Notes: generated by a model not told the origin, from the letters alone. Numbered from the stretch's first letter, positions 1-15,256 are shown. The stretch is 64,000 nucleotides of DNA from Octopus vulgaris (GCA_951406725.2 OX597836.1:21762001-21826000), one strand, 5' to 3'. Made by a program: numbers and translations.

Positions 1-173
1 GTGACAAGCCTGGCTCTTTGAAATACTGGTATAACTTATTTTTGTCAGCTGAGTGGACTGGAGCAATGTGAAATAAAGTGTCTTGCTCAAGGACACAACG
101 CGTCGCCAGGAATTGAACTCACGTCCTTGCAATCGTGAGCCAAATACCCCAACCACCAACCCACGCGCCTTCA
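1..173 (-). mobile_element. tRNA-derived SINE with CORE-like box (OR2-like), cut by window edge
   Basis: Minus strand has A/B-box-like head (GGTTGGTGG...GAGTTCAATTCC) then GTGTCCTTGAGCAAGACACTT; homologous to 22591-22912. Confidence 0.75.
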
Positions 174-175
174 TG

Positions 176-241
<66 letters not shown>

Positions 242-812
242 TTCAGATATATGCACTTACAGACATACATACGCACAACGCACACACACGCTTTACACTC
301 TTTGTATTCATATATATATATGTATATATGGAGGGAGGGAGAGAGAGAGAGAAAGTAAAAGAGGGAAAGAGAGAGTGAGAGAGAGAAAGAGAGAGAGAGG
401 GCGAAGATTGGATGAAAGGATGAAAGAGATTGGAGAAACCGAAGAAAGATAAACAGAAGAGATAATTAAAAATTAAGCCACGAACCGCCAGATCAAGCGA
501 GAGAAAGGAGGGGGGAGGGTAAATAGTAAAGGAGAGAGAGAAAGAGAGTGAGAGCAGGAGGGGGACGAATGGGTAAACATACCGACAAACTGATACGCAG
601 ACATACAAGGCAGAAGATTTAAGAAGAAAATGAATAAATAATATATAAACCTTTCCAGTAGCTAGGAAGGTTTAGTAATGAGAAGCTGGTGAAGACAGAG
701 ATCAGACATGAGTTGAAACAACAGCACCATTGTTAGTGAGGTGGGTTTATTTTCTTCGTTTTTTTTTTTTTGCTGGGGCATTTACTGGTTGTTGCGATTT
801 TCTATTTTTCCA

Positions 813-1592
813 GTTTGGTCGTCTGCTTAATTGAGGGAGAAAGTTCGGTCATTATTGTCCTTAATTGAGGGAGAAAGTTTGGTCGTCTGCTTAATTGAGG
901 GAGAAAGTTTGGTCGTCTGCTCAATTGAGGGAGAAAGTTTGGTCGTCTGCTTAATTGAAGGAGAAAGTTTGGTCGTCTGCTCAATTGAGGGAGGAAGTTT
1001 GGTCGTCTGCTTAATTGAGGGAGAAAGTTTGGTCGTCTGCTTAATTGAGGGAGAAAGTTTGGTCGTCTGCTTAATTGAGGGAGGAAGTTTGGTCGTCTGC
1101 TCAATTGAGGGAGAAAGTTTGGTCGTCTGCTTAATTGAAGGAGAAAGTTTGGTCGTCTGCTTAATTGAGGGAGAAAGTTTGGTCGTCTGCTTAATTGAGG
1201 GAGAAAGTTTGGTCGTCTGCTTAATTGAGGGAGGAAGTTTGGTCGTCTGCTTAATTGAGGGAGAAAGTTTGGTCGCCTGCTTAATTGAGGGAGGAAGTTT
1301 GGTCGTCTGCTTAATTGAGGGAGGAAGTTTGGTCGTCTGATTAATTGAGGGAGAATGTTTGGTCGTCTGATTAATTGAGGGAGAAAGTTTGGTCGTCTGC
1401 TTAATTGAGGGAGAAAGTTTGGTCGTCTGCTTAATTGAAGGAGGAAGTTTGGTCGTCTGCTTAATTGAGGGAGAAAGTTTGGTCGTCTGCTTAATTGAGG
1501 GAGAAAGTTTGGTCGTCTGCTTAATTGAGGGAGAAAGTTTGGTCGTCTGCTTAATTGAGGGAGGAAGTTTGGTCGTCTGCTTAATTGAGGGA
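813..1592. repeat. 30-bp minisatellite, about 26 units
   Basis: Tandem GTTTGGTCGTCTGCTTAATTGAGGGAGAAA with few variant sites; one aberrant 34-bp unit at 843-876. Confidence 0.97.
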
Positions 1593-1722
1593 TCGGAAGT
1601 GGGGATAAAACGGGAAAAGAAATTCAAGAGAGGGAAAAAGATAAAGTGAGAGAAATGAGAAGAGGGAGCAGCGAGGGAGAAGGTGTGGATAGAGGAAATG
1701 AGGTGTATACATATATATATAT

Positions 1723-1952
1723 ATTTCTTTACTACCCACAAGGGGCTAAACACAGAGGGGACAAACAAGGACAGACAAACGGATCAAGTCGATTGCATCG
1801 ACCCCAGTGCGTAACTGGTACTTAATTTATCGACCCCGAAAGGATGAAAGGCAAAGTCGACCTCGTCGGAATTTGAACTCAGAACGTAACGGCAGACGAA
1901 ATACGGCTATGCATTTCGCCCGGCGCGCTAACGTTTCTGCCGGCTCGCCGCC
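1723..1952 (-). mobile_element. SINE family B (tRNA-like head, Meta-like domain)
   Basis: Minus strand GGCGGCGAGC...GAGTTCAAATTCC...GCCTTTCATCCTTTCGGGGTCGATAAATTAAGTACCAG; many homologues in the window. Confidence 0.8.
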
Positions 1953-1980
1953 CTAATGAGGTTCATACATATATATTTGT

Positions 1981-2397
1981 GCGCAGGAGTAGCTGTGTGG
2001 TAAGAATCTTGCTTCCCAACCACATGGTTTCGGGTTCAGTTACACTGCGTGGCATCTTGGGCAAGTGTCTTCTACTATAGCCTCGGGCCAGCCAAAGGAT
2101 TGTGAGTGGATTTGGTAGACGGAAACTGAAAGAAACCCGTCGTATATGTGTGTGTGTATGCGTGTATGTGTGTGTGTGTCTGTGTGTGTATTTGCGTGTC
2201 TGTGCTTGTCCCCCATCATCGCTTGACAATCGGTGTTGGTGTGTTTACGTCCCGTAAATTAGTGATTAAGCAAAAGCGAACGATAGGTATAAGTACCAGG
2301 CTTGCAAAGACTAAGTCCTGAGGTCGATTTGTTCGACTAGAGGCGGTGCTCCAGCATGAACGCAGTCAAATGACTGAAACAAGTAAAAGAATAAAAG
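1981..2397 (+). mobile_element. SINE family A (tRNA-like head, internal microsatellite)
   Basis: GCGCAGGAGTAGCTGTGTGGTAAG head, GGTTCAGT B-box-like, internal (TG)n, tail GACTGAAACAAGTAAAAG. Confidence 0.85.
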
Positions 2398-2891
2398 TAT
2401 AAATATATATATATATATACATACATACATGTATATATACATACATATCTTGGTGCATGTATGATACCATAATGTGCGTGTGTTTACGTGTGTGTGTGTG
2501 CGCGCGCGCGCGTGTCTGTCTGTCTGTGTCTGTGTGTATTCAAAGTTCCCTTTCACCGAATATGAACTCGAAGCTCAGCGAGTTGAAACGATTATCTCAA
2601 AGTAATCTAACCGATGCTCTAAAGACTGTCAATTGATCGCCTTATCTCCTTCTTCTCCCTCCCTCTCTCCCTCTCATTTCTCCCTTCATATATATTTACA
2701 CGCATACATAAATATATGCAGCTATATATATATAACATATATATATACATATACACACACACGCATGCACACACACACACACACATATATATATATGTAT
2801 GTAATGTATATATATGTATGTATGTATACAAATATACATGGGGGAATAGTGGGAAAAGAAGTTCAAGAGAAGAGAATCTATATATGCATAA

Positions 2892-2922
<31 letters not shown>

Positions 2923-3011
2923 CATGTGTGCGTGTGCGTGCGCGTGCGTTCGTACGTGAGTGTGCGTAGGTCCTGATAGAGAATCGGAATACTCCCAAAA
3001 TAATACTCAAC

Positions 3012-3117
3012 CTGTTCTTGCAGCCACCTACACTCTTGAAATGGAGTTTCGACAAACAACGAGATTCCGCTGGTGTAGAAAATTCAGGTATCACACTGGT
3101 AAGCCCAATGTGTCGGT
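3012..3117 (-). CDS. possible internal coding exon (RHIGLTSVIPEFSTPAESRCLSKLHFKSVGGCKNR), unidentified
   Basis: Unique-looking sequence; acceptor TTTTACTTTTGCTAG, weak donor GTTGAGT; only one frame open. Confidence 0.2.
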
Positions 3118-3174
3118 CTAGCAAAAGTAAAATATAATCCAAGTAAGAAGACAAAGAGCCTAGCATATCATTAA

Positions 3175-3316
<142 letters not shown>

Positions 3317-3418
3317 ATTATCTATCTATGTATCTATCTGTCAGTCTGTCTGTCTCTTTGTCTCTCTTTCTCTGTCTCTCCCTCTCAATGTGTTTGTGTA
3401 TGTATGTATATATATGTA

Positions 3419-3454
<36 letters not shown>

Positions 3455-3459
3455 GTATG

Positions 3460-3528
<69 letters not shown>

Positions 3529-3531
3529 ATG

Positions 3532-3572
<41 letters not shown>

Positions 3573-4958
3573 TGCTGAATTATGATAGTTCATCGTCACG
3601 TTCTTTTTGCGGTTATTGTGTTCATTTTAAAAAAAAACTAAACTGCCATTTTTTGCTATGAAAAAAGTACGAACGTTTTGGTTCTTCTGGAGGATTTAAA
3701 TCACGTACGTTTTGGACATACAACTCGAGAGTCAGATTCAACTTTTAGCAATGTGTCATATTGTCTGAGTATTACAGAACAAATAGTTTGTTAGGTTTTT
3801 TTTTTTTAATTTTGAAATGGTAGGATGATGAGAAAAAAAGGAAAGAGTGAGAAGGGGATGAGAATATGAGGAGAGAAGGGGGAGAGATAAACAGAGCGAT
3901 ATATAGGTAAATGGATAGGTTAATAGTAGTAGAAGAGGGACCAGAGAGATGGAGGGAGATGGTTATTGGTAAAGGAGAGGAGAAAAATAATGTTGATGAA
4001 GTGAATGAAAACAGGGGAGAAGAGGAAGGAGAAGGAAAGGGAAGTGGATAATGATGAGGAGGAGCAGGAGGATAATGATATGATAATGATGATGATAATG
4101 ACGACGACAACGACGATGGCGATGATGATGATGATGATGACGACGACAACGACGATGATGATGATGATGATAATGATGATGATGGTGATGACGAAGGAGG
4201 GGAGGAAGGTGAGGAGGAGGAGGAGGAGGAGAAGAAGAAGAAGAAGAAGAAGAAGAAGAAGAAGAAGAAGAAGAAGAAGAAGGTGAGGAAGAGAAGAAGG
4301 AGAGGAAGGTGAGTTGGGAGAAGAAGGGAGTATCCTACAAGAACAGAGTGAAGAAAAAATAAAAGCAGCGTCAACAAGCAATAACAACGGCAACAGTAAA
4401 CAAACAAACAAACAAAACAGTAAAACTCTTACATAAGGCTGTGTGTGGTAATTGTGGGAGTAGGGTGTAGGGTGTCGAGGCTTCTCCTCTGAAGATCTTC
4501 TGCCGTTCGCCTCCCCCCCGCAACAATCACAAGAGACTGTGTCATACTCGCGAAGGTAAAGAAGGAATTTGAAAACCTAAATGTTTAACAATACAGTCGA
4601 GATCTAAAGACAAATAACAGAGCGAGGAAACATCTCTTGGCGAAAGAAAAAAAAATTTGGAAGCACACACACGCGCCGCACACGCACACATACACACCCA
4701 CATACACACCCACACATTGACATATGTACACGCACAATTACATACACATATATATATACAAATACACACACGCACACTCGCAAATACACATACACAAATA
4801 CACATACACAAAAACATGAATACATATATGTATACATGTCTGCGTATGTATGTGTACTTACGTATGCGTACATATATACATGTCTCTCTCTAACCTCTGT
4901 CTCTCTCTTTCTCTCTCTCCATATATATATATGTATATATATATGTATATATATATAT

Positions 4959-5051
<93 letters not shown>

Positions 5052-5116
5052 GTATATAATATATATATATATATATATAATCAAAATAAGCAACAAGGAT
5101 ATCCAAAGGTAATGAA

Positions 5117-5156
<40 letters not shown>

Positions 5157-5535
5157 AACATACATATGTGTGTATTTGTGTTTGCATGCATAAGTAGATA
5201 CACATACACACACACACTAACGTATTCACGCGCGCACGCAGATGTTGAAGTGAATCAAACCAAATAATATAAAAAAAAAGAAAATATATAGAACAATAAA
5301 ATTACCCAGCAACGAAATTCGTGGGAATGAAGAGAAGCAAAACGAGATAAATCAAGACCGTAAATGGTGACGAGAAATTTTACTTAGTGTATGCATAACA
5401 TTCAAACGATAAGGAAGGCGAATTTCATGTGCAGGTGGCGCTACCTAGCGAGAAAATCAGAAGACATGATTTTGTATCTCGCAGCAGGCACATCTGCGGT
5501 GTTTCCAGCTTTATTTTCGACCACCGTTTGTATTT

Positions 5536-5571
<36 letters not shown>

Positions 5572-5788
5572 GCACACATACACACACACACGCACGCGCG
5601 CACGCACACACACACACACACACACACACATGTATGTATGCGTATATGTATACGTATAAGGCTAGAAATGGGAACGATGATTTCCTTTCGCAAACATCAA
5701 TCAGACACAGTGTGTCGTTAGCCAGCTGAAAGAGATGTCCTCCTGGAGCTATAGACAACAGTAGCATCGTCCTCTATGAGACCGCCAC

Positions 5789-5908
5789 ATGTCTACTAAA
5801 TATTAAATATTCACATTATAACTATTAATGCATGATTTAATTGTATAATTTGAGATTTAAATAAATTTTAATGATTCTAAGGGTGTCTATTTACTTCTAT
5901 CATGCCTG
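5789..5908 (+). mobile_element. Tc1-like transposon 3' terminal fragment
   Basis: Reverse-complement match to 10132-10251; encodes MSTKY*, ends CATGCCTG followed by TA. Confidence 0.7.
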
Positions 5909-7210
5909 TATATATATATAGGTGAGAGAAAAACAGAATGCCATGGGAAGATTGGTTTAGTAAGTGTTTCTGTTTGTAAATTGAGGCGAGGCCATTTTCT
6001 CTCATATCACATGATTGGGACCACAAGAATTCAATTTCCCAATGCAGAAATGCATACAAATAGATACACGTGCATGCACACAAACGTACGTACGAGCACA
6101 CACACACACACACACACACGCACACATGCACACACACACACACATGCATACACACACACACACACTCTCTCTCTCATACACACACAAATCCATACATGTG
6201 CATATGCACTCATGCTTTTCCTTCTCGTTTCCTCCCACATAACTACGATCCCACGAGAATCAGTTTGCCAGTAGTAATGGCGGTTGAGGTTAGAATTGCT
6301 ATTAACGAAATACGTCACTTAAAGTTAATTGAATATAAAACAGAGGAGATAAAATATCTTCTCCCACCTTTAACACAAATATTAACGGTAGCCAATCTCA
6401 TTTTATTGCTAATGGACAGACCGCAGCACCAAAGCAACACTCTACGGAGCCTCGTTGTGAAATATTAAACGACAACAAACAGCAAAAATAGCCAGCCATA
6501 TTGATTAAGAAAGTTACCAGTCCTAATGGCGTTTGGAATAATATTATAGCAAGAAGAAAAGAAAATAAATGAAACAAAATCACTCGTCCAGAATTTATCT
6601 GTCATTAATGAAAGCAATATTGTGTATGCTTTTGCGGATAACGCATTTGGCTGCAAGATGCTGTTGCCTTTTGTGCTGCGTCGGCGGAGGCAGATCGGTC
6701 GTTCATTAAATATTTGTCATATGTGTCATGTGCAATAGTCAACTAAATTAACAATTTTATGCAGTAAAAGTGGTTTTAAAGAGTAAGCACTCCCGCAAGG
6801 AGTCGGCTATCAGTTTACCGTATAATTTAACTTGTCCACGCAAGCGAAAATCTAAGATATCCAAGTAGTAAATATTTTCACGAAGAGAAAATAATTCTTT
6901 CTTACATTTCGCACGAGACCAGCAATTTTTGGGGAAAGGGTCAAGTCGATTACATAGAACCACAACTTTTGACACGTACTTTATTTTAACGAGCCTGATT
7001 TTACGAAAGTCAATCTCAGGGGCTTTTGAATCCAGAATGTAAAGTCAGAAGAAATGCTGTTAAGCATTTTATCCGACAGGTTAACGATTCCACTAGATTG
7101 CCGCCTTCTCGGGGAGTAAATAATCATTAAAAAAAAATCAGGAGTTATGAGAGGGAAATACAGATTTATCATATCCAAATGATTTCTTTTGTTTATGATT
7201 TATTATATAT

Positions 7211-7610
7211 AGGCGCAGGAGTGGCTGTGTGGTAAGTAGCTTGCCTACCAACCACATGGTTCTGGGTTCAGTCCCACTGCGTGGCATCTTGGGCAAGTGT
7301 CTTCTGCTATAGCCCCGGGCCGACCAATGCCTTGTGAGTGGAATTGGTAGACGGAAACTGAAAGAAGCCTGTCGTATATATGTATATATATATATATGCG
7401 TGTGTGTGTTTGTGTGAGTGTGTTTGTCCCCCTAGCATTGCTTGACAACCGATGCTGGTGTGTTTACGTCCCCGTCACTTAGCGGTTCGGCAAAAGAGAC
7501 CGATAGAATAAGTACTGGGCTTACAAAAGAATAAGTCCCGGGGTCGATTTGTTCGACAAAAGGCGGTGCTCCAGCATGGCCGCAGTCAAATGACTGAAAC
7601 AAGTAAAAGA

Positions 7611-7612
<2 letters not shown>
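7211..7612 (+). mobile_element. SINE family A, full length
   Basis: Near-identical to 28720-29132 and 46561-46930. Confidence 0.9.
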
Positions 7613-7666
<54 letters not shown>

Positions 7667-8154
7667 ACTGGAAACGAATATTATTACTGTGTACGCAAAC
7701 ACGAAGGACCTTCTCACTTTCCCGTGATCCCTAGACTACCAACGCTCTATGAAGCAAAAATATTCCATGAATTTTCTCCAGATTGTAATTAATTTCATTT
7801 TCAATTTTAATCAAATGTCACTCTTCGTAATGTATTTAATTAATAAATCACGGATTAAATCAACTAGAATGTGTGAGAAATTTGTAATAGGAAAAAGTTG
7901 AATATCTGAATTCTATGCATCTTCTTCCTCGTATTCCTTAATTACAATTTCAAATGTCCAGTCCAATTGTGAAGGGATGATTATCTCTGTTGTATCAACA
8001 TCCATAGCCAGAGGGTATCACGCACATATATAATGAAGCTAAGCATACATGTGTATATACGTGTATAATCTGTATACATATGTGTATGTGTAAATATATG
8101 TCTCTCTCTCCCTCCCTCTCTCTATACATATATATATATATATATGTATATATG

Positions 8155-8185
<31 letters not shown>

Positions 8186-8188
8186 CGT

Positions 8189-8425
8189 AGCACTCCGTAA
8201 TTTACGACGACGAGGGCTCCAGTTCATCCGATCTACGGAACAGCCTGCTTGTGAAATTAACGTGCAAGTGGCTGAGCATTCCATGCAGACGTGTACACTT
8301 AACGTAGTTCTTGGGGAGATTCAGTGTGACACAGAGTGTAACAAGGCTGGATCTTTCAAATACAGGTACAACAGAAACAGGAAGAAAGAGTGAGAGAAAG
8401 TTGTGGCGAAAGAGTATAACAACAC
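8189..8425 (-). mobile_element. SINE family C (OR1-like), 3' part only
   Basis: Shared tail seen on plus strand as AGCACTCCGT...ACGACGA...GGAACAGCCTGCT; head missing. Confidence 0.75.
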
Positions 8426-8525
8426 CAACGGAAGTAGTGCGCAGACCACAAGGGGGACTGAGTTGGAACCAACCTCGATCACATTCCGTGAGATTATCCT
8501 GGTCAGACTATGAACATTTCACCTG

Positions 8526-8623
<98 letters not shown>

Positions 8624-8820
8624 CATTCAAAGAAAGATAGATAGACAGACAGATGGATAGATTTGATTAGATATTTGCTTTTTGGTGTTATATAAGTGTA
8701 TTGTGTACTAAGTATTTACCTAATCAACATTAATCGATTGTAAACCAGTTGTAACAATGTATTCAGATGTTTAAACAAAACATACACACAATCATAAACG
8801 TGTATATAAATTTATGTATA

Positions 8821-8873
<53 letters not shown>

Positions 8874-8936
8874 ATCTGTCTATACATGTATATATATACA
8901 CACACATACATATGTAAGTATGTATATATACATATA

Positions 8937-8971
<35 letters not shown>

Positions 8972-9076
8972 ATGATATATATATATATTTGTAAGTGCTA
9001 TAAGTACAAGCCTCAACATGTCACTTTCATCTGTCCACTCAATTGCTCTGTGTTAAGACACAACTGTAATTTCCAA

Positions 9077-9147
<71 letters not shown>

Positions 9148-9151
9148 AATG

Positions 9152-9201
<50 letters not shown>

Positions 9202-9419
9202 CGTTTCTGAGTTGAAGATCAATTAAAACTTATTTGACCACATAAATTACATGACATGTTAAACATTATTTTATGTTATTAATTACGTATATATGCCGAC
9301 ACATTTACAAAAACACACAAACGCCCACACATAGGCGCACACTTACATGCACACATGCACTCACACACACTCACACATAAACACTCAAACACGTACACAC
9401 ATATACATATATGTAGATA

Positions 9420-9650
9420 AGGGCTTGTGGTGTGGCATCTAGGGTGCTGCAGTTATCGATCGCAAGATCGTCGTTTCGATTTTTGTTCGAGCGATGCGAT
9501 GTATTCTTGAGCAAGACACTTAAATTTCCTGTGGTCCAGTCTATTCGGGTGTGAATGCGACGCCCTGCCACTGACTGGCGTCCCATTCAGGGCAGGTATT
9601 TTGATATCAGTCATTTATATACTATGGAAAAAAAGTAACTGCCCCTATGA
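9420..9650 (+). mobile_element. old SINE with CORE-like and V-like domains
   Basis: Degenerate tRNA-like head, TTCTTGAGCAAGACACTT, then CCCTGCCACTGACTGGCGTCCCATTCAGGG. Confidence 0.55.
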
Positions 9651-9669
9651 TTTACAGAAATCGAGACAA

Positions 9670-9711
<42 letters not shown>

Positions 9712-9895
9712 CTATATAATGATAAGAGTAATATATAATATTCTACCAATTACATACGTTTTTATTATTTATTTGCAATAAACTTAATCATTGACATTTT
9801 ATTGTTATTTTAATTTTAATATTTCTATTATATGTAATTTTCTAGATTGGTGTAATTCAATTGTTCATTTTGAATTGATAAAAGGTATTTTTTTC

Positions 9896-9943
<48 letters not shown>

Positions 9944-10024
9944 AAATAATATAAATTACTTAATTTTATGTATTGGCTTAAGTTTTTCATTGTTTGATTT
10001 GCCTAATAGTGGTTTTATCTCTAA

Positions 10025-10620
<596 letters not shown>

Positions 10621-10660
10621 AAATCATGAAATTAGTTGGTCTATATTAATTTCTTCTTGA

Positions 10661-11031
10661 AGCACTCCGTCGGTTACGACGATGAGGGTTCCGGTTGATC
10701 CGAATCAACGGAACAGCCTGCTCGTGAAATTAACGTAAGTGGCTGAGCACTCCACAGACACGTGCACCCTTAACGTAGTTCTCGGGGATATTCAGCGTGA
10801 CACAGAGTGACAAGGCCGGCCCCTTGAAATACAGGTACAACAGAAACAGGAAGTAAGAGTGAGAGAAAGTTGTGGTGAAAGAGTACAGCAGGGATCACCA
10901 CCATCCCCTGCCGGAGCCTCGTGGAGCTTTTAGGTGTTTTCGCTCAATAAACACTCACAACGCCCGGTCTGGGAATCGAAACCGCGATCCTATGACCGCG
11001 AGTCCTAACCACTGGGCCATTGCGCCTCCAC
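10661..11031 (-). mobile_element. SINE family C (OR1-like), full length
   Basis: Head GTGGAGGCGCAATGGCCCAGTGGTTAGG...GGTTTCGATTCC; flanking direct repeat ATATTAATTT at 10643-10652 and 11033-11042. Confidence 0.85.
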
Positions 11032-11187
11032 AATATTAATTTATACCTTTACGAATTATGTATGAGCGATTATCTGTTCTTCGTTTTTCTTACTCTCTTA
11101 ACAGTGGAGAAAAGATTGAAGAGATAGAGGCCAGAAAATGTAAGCCTCAGAGTCTTTCAAAGTTGAAATCAATATCATACTTAAGTA

Positions 11188-11406
11188 TACTCTTACTCTT
11201 TTACTCTTTTACTTGTTTCAGTCATTTGACTGCGGCCATGCTGGAGCACCACCTTTAGTCGAGCAAATCGACCCCGGGACTTATTCTTTATAAGCCCAGT
11301 ACTTATTCTATCGGTCTCTTTTGCCGAACCGCTAAGTGACGGGGACGTAAACACACCAGCATCGGTGGTCAAGCAATGCTAGGGAGACAAACACAGACAC
11401 ACACAT

Positions 11407-11474
<68 letters not shown>

Positions 11475-11630
11475 CGACAAGCTTCTTTTTCAGTTTCCGT
11501 CTACCAAATCCACTCACAAGGCATTGGTCGGCCCGGGGCTATAGCAGAAGACACTTGCCCAAGATGCCACGCAGTGGGACTGAACCCGGAACCATGTGGT
11601 TGGTTAGCAAGCTACTTACCACACAGCCAC
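11188..11630 (-). mobile_element. SINE family A
   Basis: Reverse complement of 7211-7612. Confidence 0.9.
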
Positions 11631-12168
11631 TTTTTTTATTTTCTTTACTTTTTAACAGTAGAGGAAAGACGAAGAGGGGAAAGAGAATCAGTGATAGGAA
11701 GAGGGGAAAGTCGCTTGTGTGTTTGTTTTTTAATTTGCGAGTTTTAGAATTGCTATTTCTCTCATTTTTTCCCTCCAGTATTTATATTTATTGCTTGTTT
11801 CAATTATTGGATCGTAGGACACCGTCTTGGAGAATTTAAGTCCTAAACATTGATGCCAGTGCTTCTTTTTTATGTCTGGAATTTTTTCTCTCGACCTATT
11901 TGTATATGTACCTGAATCTTTTGACACACCATACGTCAAAATCTGTGACCCGTTTTTGAAATTTATAAGGAATATATATATATATATAGGATATACTTCT
12001 TTCAAATTGAAAGTATTATCTCACATTACAATAGAGACGTAATACTGAAATGGTGTAAGAGTAGAGAAATTGCCCTGGGCTCGCATCAGGCAAATATGTT
12101 GGAAATTTCTTTTGGCCTATGACACTGCATGGACCTTGGCTTTTGTATTTGACGCCAGTTGCTTTAAG

Positions 12169-12259
<91 letters not shown>

Positions 12260-12274
12260 AGTGCTTCTATGTAT

Positions 12275-12712
12275 GTATAGAGGGTGTTAGGACTAATGTT
12301 AACAGTTTGCATAAAATGAAATCACAATATCCCATCCAAAAATAAAAATATTTAGGAAAATCAAAAGATAACGGTTTGCTCAAAGTAGCTGCCCTTGGCT
12401 TCTTCCACGGCCTCGAGATGGCACCGGTAACTAGTGCATGCATTCCTCACAGTTTGAGGAATGCGTGGGCCAGGTTCTAGAGCCACCTTGAAACGATGGG
12501 AAAATCTTCAAACACCTCCTTGATCTTGGCCACCAGCTCAGCCTTGGTGTTGCAGGCAGAACGGTTAGTGTCTTTCACAGTCGCACCCCGCACATAGTAA
12601 TCCATCGAATTACGATCGAGGCAATTAGGCTAGAAATTAAGGCTAAAGTCGTAGAAATTCTCCGACAACCATTTCTGACTTTTTCCGGAAGTATGGAGAG
12701 AAGCCAAACCTT
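12275..12712 (-). mobile_element. Tc1/mariner (maT/DD37D-like) transposase C-terminal remnant
   Basis: Minus frame HTSGKSQKWLSENF...F*PNCLDRNSMDYYVRG...NTKAELVAKIKEVF...NACTSYRCHLEAVEEAKGSYFE. Confidence 0.75.
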
Positions 12713-12985
12713 ACCGCTACACATATGACCTTCTAGCAGCGACCCTTTACTGCCAAGATTTAACGACAATCTCCAGCCGTTACACATAAACACCTTAATT
12801 GAGCCTTGGGCCCTGTGCATTACTCGTTGGAATGAATTCCGGCGTACGGAAGCAGTCAAAACGTCTGCTGTGTCTCTTCCTGTTGATAAGTGTTTCGTTG
12901 TTACCGTTACAGCTGCCCATGTCACATCTTATAGCCTTTACAGCCTTTACATACATACATACATACATACATACGTATAAACATG

Positions 12986-13043
<58 letters not shown>

Positions 13044-13287
13044 CGTGAGTGTGTGTTTGTGTATCTTTATGTTTATCCCTCACAACCGCTTCATAACTGG
13101 TATTGGTTTGTTCACCTCCTCGTAACTTAGTAGTTCGTTGAAAAAAATACCGATTGAATAAGTACAATGCTTAAAAGATAAGTACTAGGGTCGATTTATT
13201 TGACTAAAATTTCTTAAAGCAGTGCCCCAGATTGGCTGCAGTCCAATGATTGAAACGTGTAAAGGAAAATATACAAAACATATATTT

Positions 13288-13377
13288 ACATACATACATA
13301 CATACATACATATATACATACATACATACATATATACATACATATATACATACATAGATACATACATATATACATAC

Positions 13378-13412
<35 letters not shown>

Positions 13413-13726
13413 CATACATACATACATACATACATACATACATACATACATACATACATACATGCATACATACATACATATATACATACATATACATACA
13501 TACATACGTACGTACATACATACGTACATACATACGTACATACATACGTACGTACGTACATACATACATACATACATACATACATACTTACATACATACA
13601 TACATACTTACATGCATACATACATACATACATAATACATACATACGTACATACATACATTCATACATACATACATACATGCATACATACGTACATACAT
13701 ACATACTTACATACATACATACATAC

Positions 13727-13757
<31 letters not shown>

Positions 13758-13783
13758 CATACATACATACATACATACATACA

Positions 13784-13812
<29 letters not shown>
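13288..13812. repeat. long (CATA)n microsatellite
   Basis: Direct observation; similar (TATG)n block at 55208-55562. Confidence 0.95.
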
Positions 13813-13815
<3 letters not shown>

Positions 13816-14049
13816 AATCCTTAAAATCCTTTAAAATGTTTCAGCCCGAAGGCTGCGGCCATATATAATATATATTTTTCCTGGTGAAGGCCGGTTTATG
13901 GGGTTACCCTGGTTTCCCGTCCATAAAGGGGTTAACTTTATGGATTGTAAAGAGGTCATAGGCCAACAGGTCTTGGGGGTCTAAAAAAATATATAGACTG
14001 CTCTATTCCTTAGAGTGTGCTTCTCCGGATTTATGGTTTTCTAAAAACG

Positions 14050-14103
<54 letters not shown>

Positions 14104-14976
14104 ACAAACACAAATATATACATACACACACAAGCACGATTATGTGTGTGTACGCGCTCTCATGTGTGTGTGTGTGTGTGTGTATTTCACTCGTTTCATT
14201 TCAAGGTTTTTTTTGGTCAGGTTATACGATCATCGCTACTCCGTCTGGTTATACAAAATGGCGGCTCAATTCGTTCGTTGCATATGTCGGAGGTTGAGGT
14301 TGTGGCGGTGGTTACTGTTTTCATTGTATTAGTAACCGTTGTTGTTGCTGTTGTTGTTGTTGTTAGAGTCATGCTGGTTTCTACTGCTGTATGAGTGTGT
14401 GTGTGTGTGTGTGTTTTTTCTATTTCCTCTCTTTTTTTTTTTTTAGTTTTGCTGCCATTGCTATTGTTTTCGCTGCTGCCTTTGTTGTTATTGTTGTTGG
14501 TACCGTTGTTGTCGTTATTGCTGATGTATTAAGAAGCAACAGCCGGTCATAAACACTAAAAAACAAAATTAAAAAATCCCACTAGACATATACGTCTATA
14601 TATGTGTGTGTGTGTATGTGTGTGTGTGCATGCGCATGTGTGTCTTCGCGCAAGCGCGTGTTTGTGACGCAACATCTGCCACTCAATACTCTTGTTATTA
14701 TTGTAGTTGTTTCTGCTCATCTCTTCACTGCTTCGCTGGTGTTGTCGGTGGTCGTCGTAGTCGTAACATTCTTGGTAGCATATATATATATATATAGGTT
14801 ATCCTATATACATATGTGTATGTGTGTGTGTCCGTATGCGTGAGTGTGTGTATATGTGTGTTTCTGTGTTTATACACACGTAAATGTAGTATTATATTGT
14901 TTACATATATATATTTATATATGTATGTATATATATATATATATATATACACATACATGTATGTATATATATATAA

Positions 14977-15026
<50 letters not shown>

Positions 15027-15059
15027 ATATACATATATATATGTATGTATGTATATATG

Positions 15060-15093
<34 letters not shown>

Positions 15094-15256
15094 TGTATGT
15101 ATGTATGTATGTATGTATGTATGTTTGCATGTATGTTTGAATGCATGTATAGAGAGACGATAAGAAAATGGAGGAAAAAACAACAAATAGAAGTGTGTCT
15201 GTGTTGTTAAAAAGCCATTATGTAATTAATTAAGCAGGGTGAGGGGGTAAGAGTGA

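Noticed and set aside
827-1768. 313-aa repetitive ORF, or CRISPR-like array
   Set aside because: The ORF starts inside a SINE and runs through the minisatellite; units are contiguous with no unique spacers and there are no cas genes.
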